61,759 nt of DNA from Polaribacter sp. (GTDB lineage Bacteria; Pseudomonadota; Gammaproteobacteria; GCA-001735895): assembly GCA_047615545.1 (NCBI GenBank), contig JBLHID010000002.1:1-61759 (forward strand), in the 5' to 3' direction. Positions 31,141 to 40,326 of this stretch are shown here, one piece after another. A program made the position numbers and the translations under genes. A model generated the notes under the pieces. The model saw only the letters and a program-made list of their open reading frames with translations, searched no databases and had not been told where the DNA came from. How positions within the stretch are numbered: position 1 is the stretch's first letter; every line of letters begins with the position of its first letter.

Positions 31141-31771
31141 CCCTAACCAACCACCCTCCTTTCCGGAAACATCGTCCGCTCTGAATGAGCCGAACGGGCT
31201 GCTCGCAGCAGGTGGCGCGCTCAGTGTCGAATGGTTACTCGCGGCCTATAGTCATGGCATATTTCCCTGGTTCAGCGACGATGAACCTATAATATGGTGG
31301 ACACCAGCACCACGCACGATACTGCTACCTGAAAATTTTCACCTCAGTAAAAGCCTACGCAAACTGATTCGACAACAAACTTATCGAATCACTTTAAACC
31401 ACGCCTTCTCATCCGTTATCCAACATTGCGCCGAGACACGTGAAGATCAGGCTGGCACCTGGATTGTCGATCCAATGATCAATGCTTATCTTGCCATGCA
31501 CCAAGCAGGGCATGCACACTCGATTGAATGCTGGAACGCCGACGATGAGCTAGTGGGTGGCCTATATGGTATTTCACTGGGAGGCGTCTTTTTCGGTGAG
31601 TCAATGTTTAGTCGAGTCAGCAATGCATCCAAGCTTTGTTTGCATCATTTAATTCAGTCAGGCGACTATGTATTAATTGACTGCCAGATGGCGACTTCAC
31701 ATTTGATGTCGCTTGGGGCTGTAGAAGTTGAAAGGCAAGAGTTTGAAGCGATGTTGGAACGTTTCGTCTAG
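31124..31771 (+). CDS. aat: Leucyl/phenylalanyl-tRNA--protein transferase
   Basis: 215 aa; PWLDP...FP......PNGLLAAGGALS...LL.AY.HGIFPW, GESMFS. Overlaps the upstream gene by 17 nt. Confidence 0.92.
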   Translation: MIPWLDPNQPPSFPETSSALNEPNGLLAAGGALSVEWLLAAYSHGIFPWFSDDEPIIWWTPAPRTILLPENFHLSKSLRKLIRQQTYRITLNHAFSSVIQHCAETREDQAGTWIVDPMINAYLAMHQAGHAHSIECWNADDELVGGLYGISLGGVFFGESMFSRVSNASKLCLHHLIQSGDYVLIDCQMATSHLMSLGAVEVERQEFEAMLERFV

Positions 31772-32380
31772 TTAGAAACCTATCCAGTTATGCAGTGACT
31801 TGATATTGACCGCCTTCGGGTCGACCACGCAGGCTTCTCGGCACATGCCACAACCCGTGCATACCAGTAAATTGATACTTGGTAGGGTCATATCCCATGT
31901 CAGTGCGCCTGGCACAGGACAGGAGTTGGCACAGGCTGTACATTCCGTACCGCTATATGGCAAACAAGTTTTGGTATTAATTTCCGCCCGAGCCATCTTG
32001 GGTAGTTCTGGCTCTGTTTCATACTGCTCTGTTTCGTTTTGTCTATTTTCAGGAATAGGCAGTACTAGCGCCTTGTCTTGACAGGCATTTACGCAGGGCC
32101 AATCTTCACACTGATGGCAACCTTTTTTCAGCAAATCGAGTGCGGGAGTAAAGGCCGCTTGAGCACCTAACCTTTCAGGAAGTTTGAATATAACCTGGTG
32201 AGGACAAGCCTCAACACAGCGGTTACAACGACTACAAGCCGAAAGAAAATCAACCTCATCCAGCGCATAGGGCGGACGAATCCAGTTAGCAGCACGCCTA
32301 TTGACTTTTCTCTCAACGATTGCGGCTGGTTTTTCGGAAGCCTTATCAGCCAAATTTTTGAAGAAGCCCCGCCTATCCAT
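31772..32380 (-). CDS. NapF-like 4Fe-4S ferredoxin-type protein
   Basis: 202 aa; MDRRGFFKNL N-terminus and cysteine clusters CSRCNRCVEACP, CHQCEDWPCVNAC, CTACANSCP, CTGCGMCREAC. Confidence 0.7.
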   Translation of the reverse strand: MDRRGFFKNLADKASEKPAAIVERKVNRRAANWIRPPYALDEVDFLSACSRCNRCVEACPHQVIFKLPERLGAQAAFTPALDLLKKGCHQCEDWPCVNACQDKALVLPIPENRQNETEQYETEPELPKMARAEINTKTCLPYSGTECTACANSCPVPGALTWDMTLPSINLLVCTGCGMCREACVVDPKAVNIKSLHNWIGF

Positions 32381-32609
32381 TATTACGATCCATTTTGGCG
32401 ATTCATTACATTCTCATCATCAGAAGTCACATTTTAGCGGTTTTTACAATTCGGTTAATTGCAGTGTAATGCTTGGCGCAGTATTCACCTATACCCTTCA
32501 GGTGCACTCAGCCAAATCAAAGGGGCTTGTGTTATTGACTCGCGAACCAATAAGATTCTAAATCGGTTATAGGTATTTCGAGCCGACAGACATTTAGCTA
32601 TTGATCATA

Positions 32610-32984
32610 TTAGTCGGAGTGAGGTAACTGATAGGTTTCGGTTTCTATCGATTTCAGTTTTGTCCCAACCATGGTCAGTAGACCTAAGTAGCGTCGCTCG
32701 CCCGTCGAACTAAATTCAAATTGATAGCGCCGCCTGACGGATAGCGAGCCACCTGCATTCCTTTCTAACCAAAGTGTCTTGATCACCATACTTTGATCCA
32801 GTAACTGAAGGTTGAACTGTTTGCAATGCCGAGTAGAAAAACCCATTGCGAGCGCTTTAAAATCACCACTATGCCACCAATAAAAGGCTAGCAAACACAG
32901 TGTTAGGACAATCAGTAGATTAAACACCCGTAAGAGTGTCCAAATGAAATTTATGATAGGTGAGTGACGGTGGGTGCATAACAA
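32610..32984 (-). CDS. DUF3301 domain membrane protein
   Basis: N-terminal TM, then LQLLDQSMV...RRRYQFEFSSTGERRYLG, typical of DUF3301. The start is uncertain. Confidence 0.65.
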   Translation of the reverse strand: MLCTHRHSPIINFIWTLLRVFNLLIVLTLCLLAFYWWHSGDFKALAMGFSTRHCKQFNLQLLDQSMVIKTLWLERNAGGSLSVRRRYQFEFSSTGERRYLGLLTMVGTKLKSIETETYQLPHSD

Positions 32985-33172
32985 AACCGAAGTTGGAGAG
33001 CGTTAATATTATCACAGCCCGCTAGGCTGAAACCCATGCCTTATGTCTGTTTATCGCCAATCAGGTTTACTATTTATTCGGACTCGACAATATTGGTCGA
33101 TAGTTAGCGACAAAAGTATCATTGATTAATATCAAACAAATACCATCATTGTGATTTAAGTTAATTAACGGC

Positions 33173-33595
33173 TTAGCCAATGCTTGTGAAATTGGGAAGC
33201 GCCAGCTGTTTAAATTTGTCTTTCAACTGAATTAGCTCAAGCTCATCATATTCTTTTGCAGGACGCTTACCCCAGACAGGACCTGGCCATGCAGCATCTG
33301 TTTTATATCGAACAATAACATGCACATGCAGCTGAGGAACGATATTGCCCAGTGCCGCGACGTTCAGCTTATCGCCTTTTAGTGCTGCCATTAAACCTTC
33401 GCCTAAAGCGCTGGATTCAAGCATTAATTGTTGCTGATCGGCAGCTGACAGCTGATAAATTTCGGAGATATTTTCTCTTTTTGGCACCAAAATAAACCAG
33501 GGGTAACTGGCGTCATTCTCAAGTAATAAGTGACAAAGTGGAAAATATCCTAAGACATGGCTATCGTTCAGCAGTTGAGGATGAATCGTACTCAT
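33173..33595 (-). CDS. HIT family protein
   Basis: PQLHVHVIVR histidine triad. The ATG at 33595 has GGAG 8 nt upstream; the ORF is open to 33670. Confidence 0.85.
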   Translation of the reverse strand: MSTIHPQLLNDSHVLGYFPLCHLLLENDASYPWFILVPKRENISEIYQLSAADQQQLMLESSALGEGLMAALKGDKLNVAALGNIVPQLHVHVIVRYKTDAAWPGPVWGKRPAKEYDELELIQLKDKFKQLALPNFTSIG

Positions 33596-33774
33596 TGATT
33601 TGCTCCATTTTAATTTAATGTGATCGCCGCATTTCAAATAGGCAGCCAATTGGATACTGCTCAACAACATAAATGAATTTAATGCTATTATCTATCGGTT
33701 AACAGGATCAATGTCCGGAATAACCCCGATTATAGTGGGGCGTCTTAACTTTTAATAATGCAGGTACATGAAAA

Positions 33775-34158
33775 ATGAAAAACTTCCCTACTTTGACAGT
33801 AATGGGCATTAACAACCCTGAGCAAATTGAGCGATTCTCTTTAACCACAACAAATCAAACTGATCACCTGCGTATTATTTATCGTCGTAAGAAAGGCTCC
33901 TTTCTGCCGGGTAGTAAGCGCTTCGAGTTCGGTCGAGCGAGTAGAACCATCGTCACTGATAGCGGATCACGGAAAACCCAAGTTGTTTACGAAATTTCAC
34001 CATTCGTTCAAAAAGCAGTTGAAGAACTGGAATATATTCTGAATAGCAAAAAGACTAATGTCGAAAATGCGACCATTGTTAAAGATGAGCTAAAACGCCT
34101 GCACCAAGAAATGACGAGTCGCCTAGCTTATATCGAGTCATTGATTGACGATATGTAA
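33775..34158 (+). CDS. DUF3461 family protein
   Basis: 127 aa; L..MGINNPEQIERFSL......D.L+I.Y++.KG.F...SK+F.F.R, as in DUF3461. Confidence 0.75.
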   Translation: MKNFPTLTVMGINNPEQIERFSLTTTNQTDHLRIIYRRKKGSFLPGSKRFEFGRASRTIVTDSGSRKTQVVYEISPFVQKAVEELEYILNSKKTNVENATIVKDELKRLHQEMTSRLAYIESLIDDM

Positions 34159-34198
34159 GTATGGATGTCAATGATTACGCCAACTAAGACGTGATTAT

Positions 34199-34230
34199 AT
34201 GCCCTTACTGGCCCGAGCCAGTAAGGGCAT
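34199..34230. terminator. Perfect 14-bp-stem hairpin between convergent genes (ATGCCCTTACTGGC-CCGA-GCCAGTAAGGGCAT)
   Basis: Read directly. It lies between DUF3461 (+) and yaeQ (-). There is no U-tract on either side, so the termination mechanism is uncertain. Confidence 0.6.
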
Positions 34231-34350
34231 CAAGAACAGCAGGAATAGCCAATGGGCATTGTTTTGATATTTCCGTCAGAATGCCTCAGTTAGGACATCA
34301 CAACCTGAAAAGCACATCGATCTAATTAATCTGTTACACGAGTGATCGAA

Positions 34351-34887
34351 TTACAATGTCTGTAGTTCTCTCCAACTCACTTCACACTCACCTTTTTCTG
34401 TCGCGATATAAGCCGAATCGTCGGTAATGATGACGGCCATCGTCATTGTTCTTTCCAGTAGTAAGGCAAGCGCTTGTATACTAGGCCATTCAAACCGAAA
34501 GACTGAGGTCTTTGGATTTACCTTTTGTTTTATTTCCTGACGCCACCACACATCTGACTTTGCGTTGAAGCTATATATCCTCACACGCGATGCGAGACGA
34601 GACGATTTTTTGATTCGGTCGGCGCGAGGTTCGCCTACATCAATCCAAAGATTTATTTGACCATCTAAACTATGGCTCCAGATGTCCGGCTCTTCAATTG
34701 CACTCAGGCCTCGGGTAAAGGTCAGCCCATCCTGCGCATTGATACAGAAAGCCAAAACACGCGCCATCATTCTTTCCGGCGTTTCAGATGGATGCAGCGC
34801 AATCGTCAGCGGATAGCTGTCGTAATGCCCTTGATCGGTGTTGGAAAGGTCTATTTTTATTTTATAAATAGTGGGTTTTAAAGCCAT
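34351..34887 (-). CDS. yaeQ: YaeQ family protein
   Basis: 178 aa; MALKPTIYK..I.LS..D...Y.....T.A.HPSET.ERMM.R.LAF. The start overlaps the LysR stop (TAATG). Confidence 0.85.
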   Translation of the reverse strand: MALKPTIYKIKIDLSNTDQGHYDSYPLTIALHPSETPERMMARVLAFCINAQDGLTFTRGLSAIEEPDIWSHSLDGQINLWIDVGEPRADRIKKSSRLASRVRIYSFNAKSDVWWRQEIKQKVNPKTSVFRFEWPSIQALALLLERTMTMAVIITDDSAYIATEKGECEVSWRELQTL

Positions 34888-35813
34888 TATATCGGTAAAT
34901 CCCTAATTCTTTTATCCCCCGATTTACGCACATAGGCTAGAAAAAGATCGATAAACTTTTGCTGATATTGGCGTAAAAACTTGTCGTTTAAATAAGCGAT
35001 TCTAGTGATTTCCCAGGGAAACAAATAACTCACATCACGACTGACCAAACCTTGATCATTGTCATCATCGAGTGCCATGCTGGCGATAATACCCACGCCC
35101 ATTTCTCCTCTGACATAGGTTTTTATAATGTCGGTGTCGGCAGCGCTGAGAACAACATGCGGCTCTAAGTTAGCTTTTTCAAAGGTGTCGCTAAAAGAAC
35201 GACGCCCTGTAAAACCATAGACGTAAGTAACTATTGGGTAATCGCAAAGATCTTTTAGAGACACTGTTTTTTTCGCTTGCAGAGGGTGATCCGGCAAGGT
35301 AATTAGACTTCGGTTCCATTGATAGCATGGAATATTGGTCAGTTGTGGCGATTCAGCCAATGCTTCAGTACAAATAGAAAAGTCAATTTCATCATTTATT
35401 GCCCATTGCACTAGTTGTTTTGGCGTGCCTTGATGAATTTGTAATTCGACTCGAGGATAAGCGGCATTAAAAGACTTCACAACAGGTGGCAATATGTAGC
35501 GTGCTTGGGCATGGGTAGAGCCAATTCGCAAGACGCCTTCATTCTGATTGATATAATCGCGTCCGATCGCTCGAATGCTATTGACTGAGGATAGCGTGGT
35601 TTGGGCATGTTTAGCCACTTGCTCACCAATCGGCGTTAACCCAATCAAACGTTTTCCCTTGCGTACAAATAAGTCCGAACCCAGCTCTTCTTCTAGTTTT
35701 TTTAGGTGTTGTGAGACTGCTGACTGTACCAAAAACATTTCATCAGCGGTTTTACTGACACTAAAGTTGCAGTCGATTAATTTCATGAGCGATTGTAATT
35801 GGCGGATTTCCAT
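34887..35813 (-). CDS. LysR-family transcriptional regulator (CysB-like)
   Basis: MEIRQLQSLMKLIDCNFSVSKTADEMFLVQSAVSQHLKKLEEELG HTH, then a periplasmic-binding-fold effector domain. The ORF is open to 35828. Confidence 0.9.
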   Translation of the reverse strand: MEIRQLQSLMKLIDCNFSVSKTADEMFLVQSAVSQHLKKLEEELGSDLFVRKGKRLIGLTPIGEQVAKHAQTTLSSVNSIRAIGRDYINQNEGVLRIGSTHAQARYILPPVVKSFNAAYPRVELQIHQGTPKQLVQWAINDEIDFSICTEALAESPQLTNIPCYQWNRSLITLPDHPLQAKKTVSLKDLCDYPIVTYVYGFTGRRSFSDTFEKANLEPHVVLSAADTDIIKTYVRGEMGVGIIASMALDDDNDQGLVSRDVSYLFPWEITRIAYLNDKFLRQYQQKFIDLFLAYVRKSGDKRIRDLPI

Positions 35814-35940
35814 TATTTTTAAAATCATTTTTCGTGATGATAATTGATTTTATTATAATGATTTATGATAATGAAAACGAGTGATATTCAATTGAATGTT
35901 GAGGCTTCACAGCTACGAAATCTATCGGTAAACTGCGTGT

Positions 35941-36279
35941 ATGAAAAATTTTCGCGACGGCTTTGACATCAACATATGGAAAATAGTGAATAGCATTCCA
36001 GTCGGTCAGGTGATGGGGTATGGGGAGGTCGCTAAAGCGGCTGGGTTTCCTCGATATTCTCGTATGGTAGCGGCAGCCATGGGACGCTCATCCGAGCCTT
36101 TACCATGGTATCGCGTCGTGAAATCCGATAGGACATTAGCTTTCGAACCTGATTCGGAATCCTATCGCGAACAAGCTCAGCTATTAATGCAAGAAGGTGT
36201 GTTATTTGAATCCAACAAAGTCGTCACAGTCGACCCTGATGACAGCCTCGATAAGGTGCTCTGGGGGCCAATCGATTAG
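35941..36279 (+). CDS. Alkyltransferase-like (ATL/YbaZ-type) MGMT-family DNA-binding protein
   Basis: 112 aa; IPVGQVMGYGEVAKAAG and LPWYRVV where active alkyltransferases have PCHRV, so the acceptor cysteine is absent. Confidence 0.8.
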   Translation: MKNFRDGFDINIWKIVNSIPVGQVMGYGEVAKAAGFPRYSRMVAAAMGRSSEPLPWYRVVKSDRTLAFEPDSESYREQAQLLMQEGVLFESNKVVTVDPDDSLDKVLWGPID

Positions 36280-36282
36280 TAG

Positions 36283-37584
36283 ATGATTATTTCTATTAGT
36301 ACCACCAGAAAACTCACTGCAAAATTTCTGGCGGCCGGCCTCTTTGTCCTATTCACTTTCTATATTAGCCTGGCCACGGCCAATGCTGATCTATTCGGCT
36401 TACCAGTGGCCCAAATTGTTGTGCAGGGTAATACTAAAACGCAGACTCGATTCGTGCTCGAATGGGCAAAAATTTCTGTTGGCGATTTTATTGATCAATC
36501 AAAACTGGATCTGGCAAGACAAAATATATTAGACACTGAGCTGTTTAAACAGGTAACACTTCAACTAGAGATGAGGCAATCTAAGCCAAGCCTAATTATT
36601 AAACTGGAAGAGAGATTTTACACCCTGCTTTTACCCCGTTTAAGTCGAAACGCTGACGGCGATGTAAGACTTGGCATTAACTTAACGATGCACAATATCA
36701 ATGGAGCCAATCAAACACTTAACCTATTGGCAGAAAAATCTGAGCTGAGCAATGGTGATGATGGTCGACGCTATCGTATCGTCTATGATTTCCCCCTATA
36801 CAACCGACCTTATCGCCACCACATTAGTTTAAGCGATTCGGTCACCAATACCCTATCGAACAATTTTCGAAATATTATCTATGAAAATTTCGCATTGTTT
36901 TCAGTAACACGAGACTGGCATGTTGTAGCACTCGCCTACCCTTTGTCCATAACGACTTCATTCACTTATCAAAAGATTCACCTGCGATCACCCTACCCTG
37001 ATGCTATGGGAGAATTAGATGCAGGTAATTTCAATCGCGTTGGATTGAAAATTGAAAATGATGCCATTCATACACAACAATACCGCCGCTATGGTTATTT
37101 TTATTCGCTGGAGATACTGCAGGGATTAAAGTCGCTTGGATCAGACTATTCATCTCGCACGATCAAGGTCGAATCTCGTTTCTATTTGCCACTAAATCAA
37201 CAAGACAATTTTAATACTCGCTTAGTCTTCGGATTATCAAAAAACAGCCCGTTTAATGTCGCTTATTATGAACTGGGTGGATCAGACACTTTTAGGGGGC
37301 TAGAAAAAGGATCTAGCAGTGGTGATGCATTACTACTCGTAAATCTTGAGTACGTGAAAGGTCTTGAAAACTACCCTAGTTTTCGCTGGAGCAGCTTTAT
37401 TGACGTTGGTAATGTCTATCAAGATTTTGGAGAGATAGACCTCGGTAAACTGAAAACCAGCATCGGTTTTGGCGGCCGCTGGAAAGCGTTATCCTTTGTT
37501 AAAACAGATATATTTATCGACTATGCCTATAACATTGATACCGACAATAACAAACTATACGCCGGCACATCACTCACTTTTTGA
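36283..37584 (+). CDS. Omp85/BamA-family outer-membrane protein with a single POTRA domain
   Basis: 433 aa; signal peptide ending ATANA, POTRA-like VVQGNTKTQTRFVLEWAKISVGDFIDQSKLDLARQNILDTELF, beta-rich C-terminus ending ..YAGTSLTF. Confidence 0.75.
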   Translation: MIISISTTRKLTAKFLAAGLFVLFTFYISLATANADLFGLPVAQIVVQGNTKTQTRFVLEWAKISVGDFIDQSKLDLARQNILDTELFKQVTLQLEMRQSKPSLIIKLEERFYTLLLPRLSRNADGDVRLGINLTMHNINGANQTLNLLAEKSELSNGDDGRRYRIVYDFPLYNRPYRHHISLSDSVTNTLSNNFRNIIYENFALFSVTRDWHVVALAYPLSITTSFTYQKIHLRSPYPDAMGELDAGNFNRVGLKIENDAIHTQQYRRYGYFYSLEILQGLKSLGSDYSSRTIKVESRFYLPLNQQDNFNTRLVFGLSKNSPFNVAYYELGGSDTFRGLEKGSSSGDALLLVNLEYVKGLENYPSFRWSSFIDVGNVYQDFGEIDLGKLKTSIGFGGRWKALSFVKTDIFIDYAYNIDTDNNKLYAGTSLTF

Positions 37585-37618
37585 GTTAATCCTTATCGTC
37601 ACAGAAGTCAGTCATTGT

Positions 37619-38047
37619 TTATCCACTGATATAATGTTCAAGTTGGTTGATAATCATTTGTTGGTCGGCAATTACTTCCTTCACCAAATCTCCCATTGAA
37701 ATCATGCAGATAATGTCGTCGCCATCCATAATCGGCAAATGTCGAATACGTTTTTCCGCCATTAGTGCCATGCATTCGTCGAGCGTATGACTCGGTTTTG
37801 CGTAGGCGACTCTTGATGTCATAATTGACTCAACTGTCGTCTCAAAGGCAGATAGTTCGCTCAGTAAGGTTTTGCGAGTGCAGTCTCGTTCTGACACTAC
37901 GCCAACCAGTTTATTTTGATTGATGACTAATAAGGCACCAATATTTCTTTCTACCAGTAATTTTACAGCATCATGTACCGAGTCATTTGGGCTCACCGAC
38001 CAAATCTGATTTACTTGCCCTCGAATTAACTGACTAACTGTTTTCAT
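37619..38047 (-). CDS. CBS-pair domain protein
   Basis: Two CBS repeats (GALLV..KLVGVVSERD; HLPIMDGDDIICMISMGD). The ATG at 38047 is preceded by GGAGA. Confidence 0.85.
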   Translation of the reverse strand: MKTVSQLIRGQVNQIWSVSPNDSVHDAVKLLVERNIGALLVINQNKLVGVVSERDCTRKTLLSELSAFETTVESIMTSRVAYAKPSHTLDECMALMAEKRIRHLPIMDGDDIICMISMGDLVKEVIADQQMIINQLEHYISG

Positions 38048-38225
38048 ATGATTTCTCCTTTGACGTTTCAATTACTATAATGCGATATCAGGATTTATCA
38101 TGCACCTACAAAGTCGAGCGGTCAACTTCTGTAAAATGATTGTCGATAACTAGTTTTCAGTCATTAAATTACACTCCGATAACTGTTACAGTTCGCGATT
38201 GAATCGTGACGTTAGAATTTTGAAA

Positions 38226-40226
38226 ATGACCAACTTTAATATTGGAATTGATACCGGTGGAACCTACACCGATGCTGTCATTATTGATGCCCAATCGCAT
38301 GAAGTGATTGCTACCGCGAAGTCGATCACGACGCGAGGTAATCTAGAAATTGGCGTGGCCAACGCGCTCAAGGCAGTCGTAGCGGCATCGGCTACGCGCT
38401 TGAATACCAATCAGATATCGCTTGTTTCTCTCTCCACAACTTTGGCTACCAATGCCCTAGTCGAAGGCATGGGATCATCGGTTGCTGCAATACTAATTGG
38501 TTTTAGTGACGATATGGTGAAACGCAGCAAGCTCCATGAAGCTATACCAAGCACTAAGATTATTCGTATCGCGGGTGGCCATGAATACGACGGAGGCGAA
38601 ACCTGTGCGCTTGATGAAGCATCATTAAAGGAACAGGTACTCGCTTTGAAACACAGCGTAGAGGCTTTTTCGGTATCGGCTAATTATTCCATTCGAAACT
38701 CCGATCATGAGCAACGGGCAAAAAAAATAGTTCAGCAGTTAACTGGCTCACCAGTCACGGCATCTAGTGAACTATCGGATGGCTTAAATGGGCCGTTACG
38801 GGCCTTGACCGCTACTTTTAATGTCCGCATTGTATCGCTCATATTCAACCTAGTTGAGAGTGTACGAAGAGCCATGCAGGAGCGAGAAATTGTCGCTCCG
38901 TTAATGATTGTTAAAGGTGATGGCTCGATAGCTAGTGCCGATTCAATAATCGATAAACCAATCGAAACTATTCTGTCAGGCCCCGCCGCCAGTGTGATTG
39001 GTGCCAACTTCATTTCAGGTCTAAATAATTTCATCATATCCGATGTAGGGGGCACCACAACCGATGTTGCAATCGTTCGTAATGGCTGGCCTACATTAAA
39101 CGAAAAAGGCGCCATGGCTGGTGGCTATCGCACTTTAGTTCGAGCCATCGATATGCAAACCATTGGCCTCGGCGGCGACAGTGAAGTCAGTATCAACTTC
39201 AAAGGCGTTGTCAGTTTGAAAGCCAATCGCGTGGTACCGCTATCACTCGTTTGCACACGCTTCCCTGGGGTTATCAATCAACTAGAGGCGAGCCTGAGCG
39301 AAGGTATGGGCCTAGCGGCGGCGATACGATTTATTTTCCTAGCGGAAGGTCTCGATCAGCAAAACCTACCCCCTAGCCTGTCAGAAGAAGATATTGACCT
39401 TATTAAACGCATTGGTGACGAGCCAAAGTCATATGACAAAATGGCTGCTCGTGCAGCTGACCGGTCACGTCTCACCCGCCTAATCGCTCGCGGTGTTGTG
39501 CAAGTTTCTGGGTTGACGCCAAGCGATGCCGCCCATGCTCTCGGATTACAATCACAATGGTCTACTCAGGCAGCGCGTTTGGCTTGCCTGATGTTAGGAA
39601 GATCATTCGGCCTTATTTCCTGGAAGGAAGATGCTTTAGAATCAGAGATTCATCATTTTTCTCGTCGAGTATTCGACACCATGGTAGCCAAGAGTAGTTA
39701 CCTTATTATCAATCAACTCAGTGGCTTTGATTTCGCCATGGATAATCCACTGGTTCAGGCCGTGATCAATGGTGAGAACCAATTAAACGACCTGTCAATT
39801 CAGTTCACCCCTAGTATTCCGATTGTTGCGGTTGGTGGCCCAGCACAAGTATTCTATGCGGATGTTGGCAAACGACTCAATAGTGATTGCCTGATACCGC
39901 CTAATGCCGATGTCGCAAACGCAATCGGTGCTGCGATTGGTCAAATTAAAATCCGCGCTGTCATCGAAATCACCACGACTGAATTAGGTGGCTACCATTT
40001 GCATCACACCGACAAACCGATATTTTACAATGCGTCAAACGATGCTCTCGAACAAGCCCGCATACTGGCTAGTGCGTATGTAACGGAGAAGGCCAAACAG
40101 ATGGGTGGTGGATCAGTTGTGGTAGACATTCAGATTGAGCGAGTTGATCTACCTAATATGGACTCAGATCGCAGCCTGATTGCCGCGACTGTCGTTGCTG
40201 AATGCTTAAGTAGTGCTCAAATTTAG
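38226..40226 (+). CDS. Hydantoinase/oxoprolinase family protein (HyuA-like, A-type only)
   Basis: IGIDTGGTYTDAV N-terminus, second ASKHA-type motif ISDVGGTTTDVAI; about 666 aa. No HyuB-type partner nearby. Confidence 0.8.
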   Translation: MTNFNIGIDTGGTYTDAVIIDAQSHEVIATAKSITTRGNLEIGVANALKAVVAASATRLNTNQISLVSLSTTLATNALVEGMGSSVAAILIGFSDDMVKRSKLHEAIPSTKIIRIAGGHEYDGGETCALDEASLKEQVLALKHSVEAFSVSANYSIRNSDHEQRAKKIVQQLTGSPVTASSELSDGLNGPLRALTATFNVRIVSLIFNLVESVRRAMQEREIVAPLMIVKGDGSIASADSIIDKPIETILSGPAASVIGANFISGLNNFIISDVGGTTTDVAIVRNGWPTLNEKGAMAGGYRTLVRAIDMQTIGLGGDSEVSINFKGVVSLKANRVVPLSLVCTRFPGVINQLEASLSEGMGLAAAIRFIFLAEGLDQQNLPPSLSEEDIDLIKRIGDEPKSYDKMAARAADRSRLTRLIARGVVQVSGLTPSDAAHALGLQSQWSTQAARLACLMLGRSFGLISWKEDALESEIHHFSRRVFDTMVAKSSYLIINQLSGFDFAMDNPLVQAVINGENQLNDLSIQFTPSIPIVAVGGPAQVFYADVGKRLNSDCLIPPNADVANAIGAAIGQIKIRAVIEITTTELGGYHLHHTDKPIFYNASNDALEQARILASAYVTEKAKQMGGGSVVVDIQIERVDLPNMDSDRSLIAATVVAECLSSAQI

Positions 40227-40326
40227 GCGGAACCAATCACTCGTGCCCTGTCTAATAGCGCCTGTTTATTTGGCCATCATGCAAGTTTGATACAATATAA
40301 CCAATCAACATTGAACGGAAAAACAA

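Noticed and set aside
32381-32425. Apparent 13-14-nt periodicity of CATT-initiated units just upstream of the ferredoxin gene (CATTATTACGATC CATTTTGGCGATT CATTACATTCTCAT).
   Set aside because: Unit-to-unit identity beyond the CATT is low. Unlike the three arrays reported, this could easily be chance in A+T-rich DNA.
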